Source: Alphaproteobacteria bacterium (GTDB taxonomy: Bacteria; Pseudomonadota; Alphaproteobacteria; UBA9219). Taken from it: a DNA stretch of 64,000 bases. The stretch lies in the NCBI GenBank assembly GCA_033763555.1, contig JANRKK010000045.1, positions 2,277 to 66,276 on the forward strand, given 5' to 3'. Under the pieces are notes generated by a model that saw only the letters and a program-made list of their open reading frames with translations, was not told where the DNA came from and made no database searches. This document shows positions 48,160-57,614 of the stretch, in pieces. The translations under genes and the position numbers were made by a program. Positions within the stretch are counted from its first letter, which is position 1, and each line of letters begins with the position of its first letter.

Positions 48160-48562
48160 CGTGAAAACCGTTATCACCTTTGGAACCTATGATCTGTTCC
48201 ATATCGGCCATGTGCGTATCCTGACCCGCGCGCGCGCCTATGGCGACAGGCTGGTGGTTGGCGTTTCAACCGATACTCTCAATATCTCCAAGAAGAATTA
48301 CAAGCCTGTCTTCGCCCAGGAACATCGGTTGGAGATCGTCAAGGCCCTGTCCTGTGTCGATGACGCTTTCTATGAAGAAAGCCTTGAGCTAAAGGGCGAA
48401 TATATCAAGAAACACAAAGCCGATATTCTGGTCATGGGTGATGACTGGAAAGGGCGGTTCGACGAATTTAAATCGCTGTGCGAAGTCGTCTATCTTCCGC
48501 GTACAGAGGGCATCTCGACAACGCAGGTCAAGGAAGATGTTATCCAGAAAGCCCTGCGCTAG
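48160..48562 (+). CDS. Cytidylyltransferase-like small nucleotidyltransferase (TagD/glycerol-3-phosphate cytidylyltransferase family)
   Basis: A GTG start after the RBS GGAG. TFGTYDLFHIGH is the (H/T)xGH nucleotidyltransferase motif. It is 133 aa, TagD-sized. Confidence 0.7.
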
Positions 48563-49530
48563 GATTTTGTCGATCTGATTTTCTCGCGCCCCAGCGGATG
48601 ATGCTGCACCACCGTTTTGGCCAGACGATCCGAAGCGACATGCGTGTAGATCTGCGTCGTGGCAATATCGGCATGGCCAAGCATCGTCTGCACACTGCGC
48701 AAGTCCGCGCCATGCTCAATCAGGTGTGTGGCAAAAGCATGCCGCAGCACATGCGGACTGAGACGCGAGGGGTCGAGCCCGGCCTGAAGCCCGGTTGCCT
48801 TCACAAGCTGGAAGAAACGCTGCCGCGTCAAGTGCGTTGAGCCGTCGCGTGAAGGAAAGAGAAAAACCGACTTTTTCTTTTCACCGAGAGCTTCTTTGCG
48901 GAAAGGCAGCCAGGCTTTCAGTGCCTTCACAGCGGGTTCGCCCAGCGGCACGACACGTTCCTTGCCGCCTTTGCCTTTCACCTGCACAAGATTGCGGTCA
49001 AACTGCACAGACGAAAGCGGCAGACCAACAAGTTCTGTCACCCGTAGGCCAGAGGCATAGAGCAGCTCCAGCATCGCTTTCAGCCGCACGCCCTCGCTAC
49101 CGCGCTGGCGTGCGACGGTGCTCAGAAGCTTGCCAACATCTTCTTCGCTCAGATATTTCGGCAGAGATCGACCCAGTTTCGGCGCGTCGATACTGCGGCT
49201 TGGATCATCCTTGCGGTGATGTTCAGATAACAAAAAGCGAAAAAACTGCCGCAGCGCCGATAAACGTCGAGCTTGCGTACGCGGTGCGTTCTGCCCCACG
49301 GCCTGAAGATAGGCACGAATATCATCCTCATTGGCCTCGGCCAGATCGGTTTTCTTTTTTACCAGAAACAGCGCTACATCCGTCAGATCGCGTCTGTATG
49401 CCAGCCGCGTGTTCGCCGAAGCGTTACGTTCGGCCAGCAGCATATCAAGAAAGGATTCGAGCAGCGTCGAGGTGCGCCAACCGATGCCCTTATTGTCTTC
49501 GATATGTTTCTGTTTTGGCATTGCCGTCAA
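48559..49530 (-). CDS. xerD: Site-specific tyrosine recombinase XerD
   Basis: N-terminal FLDMLLAERNASANTRLAYRRDL, the C-terminal catalytic region HVLRHAFATHL...LGHADIATTQIYTHV, and the conserved neighbourhood upstream of aroK-aroB. Confidence 0.8.
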   Translation of the reverse strand: MTAMPKQKHIEDNKGIGWRTSTLLESFLDMLLAERNASANTRLAYRRDLTDVALFLVKKKTDLAEANEDDIRAYLQAVGQNAPRTQARRLSALRQFFRFLLSEHHRKDDPSRSIDAPKLGRSLPKYLSEEDVGKLLSTVARQRGSEGVRLKAMLELLYASGLRVTELVGLPLSSVQFDRNLVQVKGKGGKERVVPLGEPAVKALKAWLPFRKEALGEKKKSVFLFPSRDGSTHLTRQRFFQLVKATGLQAGLDPSRLSPHVLRHAFATHLIEHGADLRSVQTMLGHADIATTQIYTHVASDRLAKTVVQHHPLGREKIRSTKS

Positions 49531-49548
49531 ACTCCCGGCCGAGGCGCA

Positions 49549-51420
49549 TTACGGCTTCGGTGCAGACAGCAAAAGAGCAGTCGCCATTTCACGCGCCAAT
49601 GATGCGGCATCGGCTGTCAATCCTGCCGCGCGTAGGCCACGAATAACGGCAAGAACCGCTGTAAAAGGCTTGTCAGTCATGTTTTCTGCTACTAGCAGGC
49701 CAAATAAAACCGTTTCGCCACGCCGCCCGGCTGCACTGGCGGCACGGAGCCTTTCAACCAGCAAAGCAGGCGGAGCCATGCGCTTTTCGGCAGCCGCAAC
49801 CTCCATCACCTTTGCCCATTCGCTGTCCTGCACGACAAACCCGGCAGCATCCAGCAACAGAAGAATATTCCCTGCTCTTTCACGCTGAGCGCGATCGTCT
49901 GATTTAGCGTCCGCGATCTTTACGGCTTCATCAAGCCATTTGGTAAGATTTTGATTATAAGCGCTGTCCGATTCCAACCCCACCAGGACAGTCAAGGGCC
50001 AGAATCTTTCCAGCTCCACCGCAAGGGCAGGCATTCCGGCCGATGCCTGCCGGGCCAGCTTCAGCCATTCCAGGGCTGCCTCTGGCTTACCTGCCACCAT
50101 GTAAAGAAGACCAAGAGAAGCCGAGGAGGTATTATGGGTTGCATTTGGCGGAAGCGTTCCCAGCATATCTACCAGAACCTGCCCTTGCGTGCCGTTCAAT
50201 CCGGATGGAGGCGTGCTGCGCATAAATTTCAGGGCTAAATCGATTTTCTTCGCCTCGACGGTTTCCGACAGAGCTGCCTGGTAAAGCAGCGCATGCAGAC
50301 GCCCGCCTGTTTCCGAGCTGCTGGCTGCATTGGCAAGGATTTCAGGCGTAAAACTGATGGAAGCGTAAACAGCTTCAAGCTCTGCTGCCGTTATCAAGCC
50401 GCCGGATGCCGCTTTCTCGGCAAGCTCCAGCCGCCGATTATCATCCTTGGCTTTTAAACGAAGAAGCGGCGGAATGAGAGAGGCTTCGGGACGGGCGTAG
50501 ATTTCTGCCGGAACAGGCAAATCGGCCTGCTGCAATAATGCCAAAATAAGCGCGTTCAACGGCGTCAAACGACGCGGCAGCTGCTTCGTGCCCGTCAAAA
50601 GAGTTTTTTCTACCAGCGAGAAATAGGCTTCGTCCTTCACGCCCTGCGCGCGCAGCAGATCAATCGTCAGCTGCGCGGCCTTGGTATCTTTCGCTTTCAA
50701 CTGGCAAATCAGAAGCAATTTCTGCCATTCAGCGCTGGTGTGGTCCTTGATAATATCGGGCAGTTTGGCGCAGACATTATCGCTTTCGCTGCTCGTTAGA
50801 GCGGCTTCGGCGGCCCGGCGCAAAGTGATTTCGTCGATATGCTCCGGCTTGGCTAGCTGCACAAGCTTCCAGGCGCTAACAGCATCGCCCAGCATGACCA
50901 GTTTTTCCACGCGCATGGCCGTTAGATGTTGTGCGGTACCCACGACACCGACGGGCACGCCTGCTGTTGTCAGAAGAAAACGGCGCGCCAAATTATTCAA
51001 GGCAGGTGACGAAGTTGGAAGATTCAAGTGAGGCAGAAGCCGGGTAACGACCTCGCGCGAGGTTCCCTTCCACAAGGAAGCGCCAAGGCCGCCTTCATTA
51101 TTACCGTAGAGTCCTATAGATTCCGGGTCGATATCGCCAAGCATTCCGGATTCAACGGGTTTACCGACAATCTCGCTGACTGCAGGTTTTGTGATAGGTG
51201 CGGGTGGTGGAGCTTGAGAAATGGCAGGCGCTGTGGCTGAAGGGGCTACCACCGTTGCTGGCGGCAAAGCTGAAGGTTCTTTCGTCGTTATGGCTTCCGC
51301 AGGTCGCGGCAGAAAACTGGCGTCTCGCCCGTCATCGATAGAATTCTGGGCATGAATGGGGGACGCAACAAGCGCCAGAAACCCTGCAAGGGCAAAAAGA
51401 CTAACGCGGGATTTGAGCAT
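49549..51420 (-). CDS. Hypothetical periplasmic protein, N-terminal Pro/Ala-rich then large helical-repeat domain
   Basis: The start was taken at MLKSRVSLFALAGFLALVASPIHAQ (signal peptide). It is about 620 aa and occupies the conserved position between xerD and aroK. Confidence 0.6.
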   Translation of the reverse strand: MLKSRVSLFALAGFLALVASPIHAQNSIDDGRDASFLPRPAEAITTKEPSALPPATVVAPSATAPAISQAPPPAPITKPAVSEIVGKPVESGMLGDIDPESIGLYGNNEGGLGASLWKGTSREVVTRLLPHLNLPTSSPALNNLARRFLLTTAGVPVGVVGTAQHLTAMRVEKLVMLGDAVSAWKLVQLAKPEHIDEITLRRAAEAALTSSESDNVCAKLPDIIKDHTSAEWQKLLLICQLKAKDTKAAQLTIDLLRAQGVKDEAYFSLVEKTLLTGTKQLPRRLTPLNALILALLQQADLPVPAEIYARPEASLIPPLLRLKAKDDNRRLELAEKAASGGLITAAELEAVYASISFTPEILANAASSSETGGRLHALLYQAALSETVEAKKIDLALKFMRSTPPSGLNGTQGQVLVDMLGTLPPNATHNTSSASLGLLYMVAGKPEAALEWLKLARQASAGMPALAVELERFWPLTVLVGLESDSAYNQNLTKWLDEAVKIADAKSDDRAQRERAGNILLLLDAAGFVVQDSEWAKVMEVAAAEKRMAPPALLVERLRAASAAGRRGETVLFGLLVAENMTDKPFTAVLAVIRGLRAAGLTADAASLAREMATALLLSAPKP

Positions 51421-51615
51421 CGGGTATCGCCTGTTCCATTTTCTGCTGTTGCGGCGGCATCGTGGCATTTCCCAGCCACAGGAAAAATCCAGCCAGTCCG
51501 AGCACCAGGATCGTCAAAACAAGACCGAGAATGCGATTATTCTTCACTTCTACACCCCTTTTCTTGCATCCCGGCAACCGCCTGTGGGATAGTCGTGGAA
51601 ACAGCTTTATTATGG

Positions 51616-52179
51616 ATGAACATGCCGGAAGTTTCCAGCTTTGTCCCGGACCGCACGATTGTCCTTGTCGGAATGATGGGCGCAGGCAAAAGCAGCGTCG
51701 GCCGCAAGCTGGCCTCTCGGCTGTCCTTGCCCTTCTTTGATTCGGATGTCGAGATCGAGACTGCGGCACGCATGAGCATCCCTCAATTCTTCGAGCATTA
51801 CGGCGAAGCTGAATTCCGGAAGGGGGAACGGCGGGTTATTGCCCGACTGTTAGACGGGCCATTGCATGTTCTGTCCGCCGGGGGTGGTTCCTTCATGGAT
51901 ACAGAAACCCGCTCTCTTATACGCAGCCGCGCCCTGTCCATCTGGCTAAAGGCCGACTTGGATACATTGGTTGAGCGAGCGACACGCCGGGACAACCGCC
52001 CGTTGCTGAAAGGCGGCGATCCGCGGGAAAAAATGATGGAGCTTATGGTAAAACGGGAATCTCTTTATGCTGAGGCGGACGTTACCGTTCCCAGCGACAA
52101 CCGCCCGGTTGACGAAACCCTGGAACGCATCCTGAAAGCTTTAAGCGCCTATGCCGAAAAGGCCAAGGCGGCATCATGA
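51616..52179 (+). CDS. aroK: Shikimate kinase
   Basis: Internal start MNMPEV...IVLVGMMGAGKSSVGRKLA (P-loop). The ORF-track start at 51352 is too far upstream and overlaps the divergent gene. Confidence 0.85.
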   Translation: MNMPEVSSFVPDRTIVLVGMMGAGKSSVGRKLASRLSLPFFDSDVEIETAARMSIPQFFEHYGEAEFRKGERRVIARLLDGPLHVLSAGGGSFMDTETRSLIRSRALSIWLKADLDTLVERATRRDNRPLLKGGDPREKMMELMVKRESLYAEADVTVPSDNRPVDETLERILKALSAYAEKAKAAS

Positions 52180-52186
52180 GGCCCGA

Positions 52187-53356
52187 ATGAATCCACCTCC
52201 CTCCAAACGATCGGCTTCGTCCGCGCCCCATCCTTACGCGCAAGGCAAAATCGTCACGATTGATTTGTCGGGAGCGGATAACAGGCCGTCCTATGACATT
52301 GTGATCGGCGAAAACATCCTGTCCGAAGCAGGTACGCTCATAAACGTCCGGCTTGGCGCAAAACGCTGCATGGTCATTACAGATTCCAATGTCGGGCCGC
52401 TTTACCTGGCGCGGCTGGAAGCCGTTCTTGGCGCTGCCGGGCATACGGTTCTTCCGTCGCTGACTTTACCCTCAGGCGAGGGCAGCAAGGATTATGCCAC
52501 GCTTGAATCTGTTCTTGAGCATATGACGAACAAAGGTATTGACCGCAAAAGCCTGGTGATCGCTTTAGGTGGCGGCGTAATAGGCGATATTGCCGGGCTC
52601 GCGGCATCGCTGGCTCTACGCGGTATTGATGTGGTGCAAATGCCAACAACCCTACTGGCTCAGGTGGATAGTTCCGTCGGCGGCAAAACAGGCATCAACA
52701 CCGCACATGGCAAAAATACTGTCGGTACATTCTATCAGCCGCGCCTGGTGATCGCCGATGTTGCCCTGCTGGACTCCCTGCCTCGGCGCGAGTTGCTGGC
52801 AGGTTATGCCGAGATCGTTAAATACGGCCTTATCCGCGATGAGGCGTTTTTCCGCTGGTGCCAATCGCACGCAGGAAAATTGCTGAGTGGTGACCGCGAA
52901 GCACAGATCTATGCCGTGAACGCCAGCTGCAAACATAAAGCCGACATTGTCGCCGCCGATGAACGCGAGGCAGGTGAACGCGCTTTATTAAATTTTGGCC
53001 ATAGTTTTGGTCATGCTCTGGAGGCCGTAACAGGCTACAGCAACAGCCTGCTGCATGGCGAAGCCGTGGCGATCGGCATGGTGATGGCTTTCCGACTGTC
53101 GGCACAGTTGGGCCTGTGCTCGCATGATCAGGCTTACGAAGTCCGCGATCACCTGGCCAAAATGGGGCTTCCAGTTTCTCCCAAGCCTTATACGCAGGAT
53201 GTCGACAAGCTGATGGCGCTGATGAAACAGGACAAGAAGGCGCATGACGGCAAAATGACGCTTATCCTCGCACGCGGCTTCGGTCAAACCTTCATCAGCC
53301 ACAACACCAACGAAAATGATGTGCGGGATGTGTGGTACGCCTTCATGCAGGAATAA
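52187..53356 (+). CDS. aroB: 3-dehydroquinate synthase
   Basis: The start MNPPPSKR is 8 nt after the aroK stop. ...LGGGVIGDIAGLAAS...GGKTGIN... are typical AroB. Confidence 0.9.
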   Translation: MNPPPSKRSASSAPHPYAQGKIVTIDLSGADNRPSYDIVIGENILSEAGTLINVRLGAKRCMVITDSNVGPLYLARLEAVLGAAGHTVLPSLTLPSGEGSKDYATLESVLEHMTNKGIDRKSLVIALGGGVIGDIAGLAASLALRGIDVVQMPTTLLAQVDSSVGGKTGINTAHGKNTVGTFYQPRLVIADVALLDSLPRRELLAGYAEIVKYGLIRDEAFFRWCQSHAGKLLSGDREAQIYAVNASCKHKADIVAADEREAGERALLNFGHSFGHALEAVTGYSNSLLHGEAVAIGMVMAFRLSAQLGLCSHDQAYEVRDHLAKMGLPVSPKPYTQDVDKLMALMKQDKKAHDGKMTLILARGFGQTFISHNTNENDVRDVWYAFMQE

Positions 53357-53374
53357 ACGGGCACCAGGCTTTCC

Positions 53375-54475
53375 ATGGAACGCACGGACGTAGTCGTTAT
53401 CGGGGCTGGCGTCATTGGGCTGGCCATAGCCCGGGCGCTCGCGCAAAAAGGCCGCGAGGTTATTATCCTCGAAGCCGAGAACGCCATTGGCACCATGACC
53501 AGCGCGCGCAATAGCGGCGTTATACATGCAGGCATTTACTATCGGCCCGGCAGTTTGAAAGCGCGGCTGTGCGTTGCGGGACGGGACAAGCTTTATGCCT
53601 ATGCCAAGGAACGCGGCATTCCACATAAGAAATGCGGCAAACTGATTGTTTCAACCGATGAAACACAGATTGAAAAACTGACGCAATGGCATGCCATCGC
53701 CATGCAGAATGGTGTCACGGGTATTCGCCGCGTAACGCCGGAAGAAGCGCGCAAGCTGGAGCCGGAAGTTTCCTGCGTTGCCGCCCTGCATGTGCCAATC
53801 AGTGGCATCATCGATGTGCACTCTTACCTGCTTACGCTGCTGGGAGATGCTGAAGCGGCCAACGCCATTCTGGCCTTGCGCGCGCCTGTTTTAAAAGGTG
53901 AAGTCGATGGCGATGGCTTTGTGCTGGATGTTGGTGGTGAAACGCCAACGCGATTGGCCTGCCGGACGCTGATCAATGCCGCTGGGCTTGGCGCGCAGGA
54001 ATTTGCGAAAAAACTGACAGGATTAAATCCAGCCACTGTACCGCCGCTTGTGCTCGCCAAAGGCAGCTATTTCAGTTTGAGTGGCAAGACGCCATTTCAA
54101 ATGTTGATCTATCCCCTGCCCGTGCTGGGTTCATCCGGCCTGCATGCCAGCTGCGATCTGGGCGGCCAGGCGCGCTTTGGCCCCGATGTGGAGTGGATTG
54201 ATCATATTGATTACCGTGTTGACCCGGCCCGTTCAGTCCTGTTTGAAGAATCCGTACGGCGCTACTGGCCCAATCTGCCCAACCGGGCTCTGCAACCCGA
54301 TTATGCAGGCATCCGGCCCAAAACAGCACGCGCAAGCCCGCATGACAGCGACTTCATCATCCAGACATCCCGTGAGCATAATGTCCCCGGCCTGATTAAC
54401 CTCTATGGTATTGAATCCCCGGGCCTGACGGCATCACTGGCCTTGGCAGAGGAAGTGATGGCACGGCTTGCCTGA
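53375..54475 (+). CDS. FAD-dependent oxidoreductase (L-2-hydroxyglutarate oxidase/LhgO-like)
   Basis: N-terminal FAD-binding fold DVVVIGAGVIGLAIARALAQKGREVIILE and 366 aa. Confidence 0.75.
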   Translation: MERTDVVVIGAGVIGLAIARALAQKGREVIILEAENAIGTMTSARNSGVIHAGIYYRPGSLKARLCVAGRDKLYAYAKERGIPHKKCGKLIVSTDETQIEKLTQWHAIAMQNGVTGIRRVTPEEARKLEPEVSCVAALHVPISGIIDVHSYLLTLLGDAEAANAILALRAPVLKGEVDGDGFVLDVGGETPTRLACRTLINAAGLGAQEFAKKLTGLNPATVPPLVLAKGSYFSLSGKTPFQMLIYPLPVLGSSGLHASCDLGGQARFGPDVEWIDHIDYRVDPARSVLFEESVRRYWPNLPNRALQPDYAGIRPKTARASPHDSDFIIQTSREHNVPGLINLYGIESPGLTASLALAEEVMARLA

Positions 54476-54518
54476 GGCGCACTTCCCGACGCACGCAAAA
54501 AGACGTACCCTGCCCCGC

Positions 54519-55238
54519 ATGTCACAACCACAGCCCCTGGCCCTGAAACCACATATTTTGGTCGTCGATGATGATGATCGGCTGCGCAGCCTTTTGCGCC
54601 GTTATCTGGCCGAACAGGATTTTATTGTTACCACAGCTTCAAGCGCCGATGACGCCCGCGCCAAGCTGAAAAGCCTGAGCTATGACCTTATGGTGCTGGA
54701 TATCATGATGCCAGGCGAAACAGGGTTGGAGCTCACCCAATCCTTGCGTAACACCTCAAAATCCCCTGCCAAGCAGCTGCCAATACTGCTTCTTACGGCG
54801 CGCGGTGAATCTGGAGACCGGATTGAAGGGTTTGAGGTAGGAGCTGATGATTATCTGCCCAAACCTTTTGAACCGCGCGAACTTCTGCTGCGCATCAACG
54901 CCATCCTGCGCCGGATGCCAAAACCTCCGCTGACTTTGCCGAAACTCAAGCTCGGCGCATGGCAATACGACCCGCAGCGTGATGAGCTGCAATCGGACAG
55001 TGAAACTGTAAGATTGACCGATATGGAAGCCGGATTGATGCGCGTCCTGGCCGCCGAGCCGGGCGTGGCCTTCAGCCGTGAGGCGCTTGCCGAACGCAGC
55101 AAAGGCGCCATCAGTGATCGCACAGTTGATGTGCAGGTCACGCGCCTGCGCCGCAAGATCGAGCCCGATGTCAAAAATCCACGTTATCTTGTGACGGTAC
55201 GCGGTGAAGGCTATATGCTGATGCCGGATATAGGCTGA
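54519..55238 (+). CDS. OmpR-family two-component response regulator (closely OmpR-like)
   Basis: The start was taken at MSQPQP. HILVVDDDDRLRSLLRRYLAEQDF...MVLDIMMPGETG...GADDYLPKPFEPRELLLRINAILRR is nearly collinear with E. coli OmpR. Confidence 0.88.
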   Translation: MSQPQPLALKPHILVVDDDDRLRSLLRRYLAEQDFIVTTASSADDARAKLKSLSYDLMVLDIMMPGETGLELTQSLRNTSKSPAKQLPILLLTARGESGDRIEGFEVGADDYLPKPFEPRELLLRINAILRRMPKPPLTLPKLKLGAWQYDPQRDELQSDSETVRLTDMEAGLMRVLAAEPGVAFSREALAERSKGAISDRTVDVQVTRLRRKIEPDVKNPRYLVTVRGEGYMLMPDIG

Positions 55239-56593
55239 TGAGCGATACATCCAAAACACCCTCGGAACGGCGCATACCGCTGGCCCTGCGCTTCAAGCGC
55301 ATCTTGCCGCGCAGCCTGTTCGGCCGGACATTACTCATCATCGTCTTGCCGACCCTGATCACGCTGGCGGCGGCTACTTATGTTTTCTTCAATCGCCATT
55401 GGTACACAGTGACCAACCGCATGACTTACGCGGTTGCAGGCGATGTCGCGGTGGTTGTCGACCTGATGCAGAAAAGCTCGAACGCTGAAAGCGTGGCTGC
55501 CGTGGTACGACTGGCATCGGAGAAAATGGATTTATTTGTCAGTTTTGCACCCGCCACAACCCTGCCCTCAACGGCACGCGAGACGCTCAACCCTCTGCGC
55601 AATATGCTGCGCCACGCGCTGAATGATCGCCTCTCTTACCCTTTCAACATCGATATGCGGCATGCACCGGAAATGATCGCGATTGAGGTCGGCGCGCCAG
55701 AGGGCGTCTACACCATCCTGTCGCCGGAACGCCGGGTTTACACGCCAACAACGGAAGTTTTCATTGCCTGGATGACGGGAAGCTCAATCCTCCTGTCGGC
55801 CATTGCGCTGCTTTTCATGCGCAACCAGATAAGGCCCATCCGGCGGCTGGCCGATGCGGCCGAGGCCATTGGTAAAGGCCGCGATGTGCCCTGGTTCAAG
55901 CTGGAAGGCGCAGCCGAAGTGCGGCAGGCGGGCGCGGCGCTGATGGTCATGCGCGACCGCCTGAAACGCCAGATTACACAGCGCACGGCCATGCTGGCAG
56001 GTGTTTCGCACGATCTGCGGACACCACTGACACGCATGAAGCTGCAATTGGAAATGATGCCGGAATCCGACGCCAAAAAAGAATTCGCGGCGGATATTGC
56101 CGATATGGAAACCATGCTGGAAGCCTATCTCGCCTTTGCCCGCGGCGAGGAAGCCGAACCCGCGATGGAAACCGATCTGGCTGAACTGTTGAACGAAGTT
56201 ACCACGGCCGCCAAACGGCAGAACCCGCGTATCCAAATCAACGTGCCAGAGGGTGCAAAGGTGACATTACGGCGCAACGCCATGAAACGTTGCCTCGCCA
56301 ACCTCATTGGCAATGCCGCGCGGTATGGCAAGCAGGCGCAGGTGAATGTAGCCCTGCGTGACCATGCGGTTGATATTGTGATTGATGATGATGGCCCCGG
56401 CATCGCCCCTGCGCAGCGTGAGGATGTTTTTCGGCCTTTCACGCGGCTTGAGGAATCCCGCAACCCAGCCACAGGCGGTGTTGGGCTCGGCTTGACGATT
56501 GCGCGCGACATCGCACGCTTCCATGGCGGCGATGTTGTTCTGGAGAATAGTCCACTTGGCGGATTACGGGCACGGGTTTGGCTACCAGTATAA
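55238..56593 (+). CDS. EnvZ-like sensor histidine kinase
   Basis: The start overlaps the regulator stop (ATGA). Two TM helices, a HAMP region, the H-box AGVSHDLRTPLTRM and the G-box GLGLTIARDIARFHGG are present. Confidence 0.88.
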   Translation: MSDTSKTPSERRIPLALRFKRILPRSLFGRTLLIIVLPTLITLAAATYVFFNRHWYTVTNRMTYAVAGDVAVVVDLMQKSSNAESVAAVVRLASEKMDLFVSFAPATTLPSTARETLNPLRNMLRHALNDRLSYPFNIDMRHAPEMIAIEVGAPEGVYTILSPERRVYTPTTEVFIAWMTGSSILLSAIALLFMRNQIRPIRRLADAAEAIGKGRDVPWFKLEGAAEVRQAGAALMVMRDRLKRQITQRTAMLAGVSHDLRTPLTRMKLQLEMMPESDAKKEFAADIADMETMLEAYLAFARGEEAEPAMETDLAELLNEVTTAAKRQNPRIQINVPEGAKVTLRRNAMKRCLANLIGNAARYGKQAQVNVALRDHAVDIVIDDDGPGIAPAQREDVFRPFTRLEESRNPATGGVGLGLTIARDIARFHGGDVVLENSPLGGLRARVWLPV

Positions 56594-56598
56594 TTTTC

Positions 56599-57120
56599 AT
56601 GGAACAAAAAATATTTTGTATCGATTTTGAAGCTTCGGCGTTAGGCCCTCGTGGCTATCCAATTGAAGTTGGAGTGGCAGATGTGCAAACTGGCGAGACT
56701 CAAGCATGGCTTATTAAACCGACCACCGAATGGCTTCACGAAAGAATTTGGTCAGAGGCATCAGAAACTATTCATGGAATTTCACAAAACCAGCTCTTAA
56801 ATGATGGTCAAGACCCAAAGATTATTATACCTGAAGTCGTCAATATATGTTCCGATGGTATCGTCCTTTCAGATAATGTGAAAAGCGATTCCTCATGGTT
56901 CCAAACCTTGTGTGATGCCATTGAACTTCCGCGCATGCCGTTTCAGATACAATCTTTTCAAGACGCAGCATGCGAAATAGCTGGAAGGCACCATTCAGAC
57001 CCAACCCATAAGATAGAAAAGGCCATAGAGCAGGCTGTCGAAAAGTTCCCCAACCCACACAGAGCGGGACCAGACGCCAGAAGAAACGCTGAAGTTATTC
57101 GTTTGTTACTCGGGGCATAA
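56599..57120 (+). CDS. Small DEDDh (DnaQ-like) 3'-5' exonuclease-domain protein, low-GC
   Basis: 174 aa starting at MEQKIFCIDFEAS (Exo I D-x-E), with HGISQNQLL (Exo II region) and HRAGPDA (Exo III H-x4-D). GC is ~43%. Confidence 0.55.
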   Translation: MEQKIFCIDFEASALGPRGYPIEVGVADVQTGETQAWLIKPTTEWLHERIWSEASETIHGISQNQLLNDGQDPKIIIPEVVNICSDGIVLSDNVKSDSSWFQTLCDAIELPRMPFQIQSFQDAACEIAGRHHSDPTHKIEKAIEQAVEKFPNPHRAGPDARRNAEVIRLLLGA

Positions 57121-57193
57121 CTACACCTTGCAAGAAAATATCAGGGTGTAATAGAATTATCCGAATTCAAATCCAATTCATATGGGGAGTAAT

Positions 57194-57595
57194 ATGACCG
57201 CCTGTATAGTAAGAGACACCAACACGGATGGGGTGCGAATTATTGTCCATGGAGCCAATGGGCATGAAAACATGATACATTATGTTGATTCAGACGGCTC
57301 CCCCGTAATGGCCGCCTTGGGATATGGTTTACGAGAGAGTTATGTATGCAATGGAATTATTGAAAGACTCATACCAGGTCGGACAAAAACAGTTGTTCAA
57401 ATATCCGGATCTATAGAAGAGTGTGGAGAACCCATCCTGCCGCCTACGACAAGAAGAAGTCGCGCACAAGAAAGTGCCTCTGAAATTGTTCAGGCATTCC
57501 GCGAAGCAGGATTAACACCACCTCCGGTCAGACAAAGCCGCCCCTTGCAAGCCATCAATTATATGCGGCAAGCAGTTGACGGAATGTCGCTTTAA
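57194..57595 (+). CDS. Hypothetical protein, partner of the exonuclease-like gene
   Basis: 133 aa starting at MTACIV after the RBS GGGGAG. No recognisable domain. GC is below the backbone. Confidence 0.45.
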   Translation: MTACIVRDTNTDGVRIIVHGANGHENMIHYVDSDGSPVMAALGYGLRESYVCNGIIERLIPGRTKTVVQISGSIEECGEPILPPTTRRSRAQESASEIVQAFREAGLTPPPVRQSRPLQAINYMRQAVDGMSL

Positions 57596-57614
57596 GATTG
57601 TGCCCAGTATGTGA

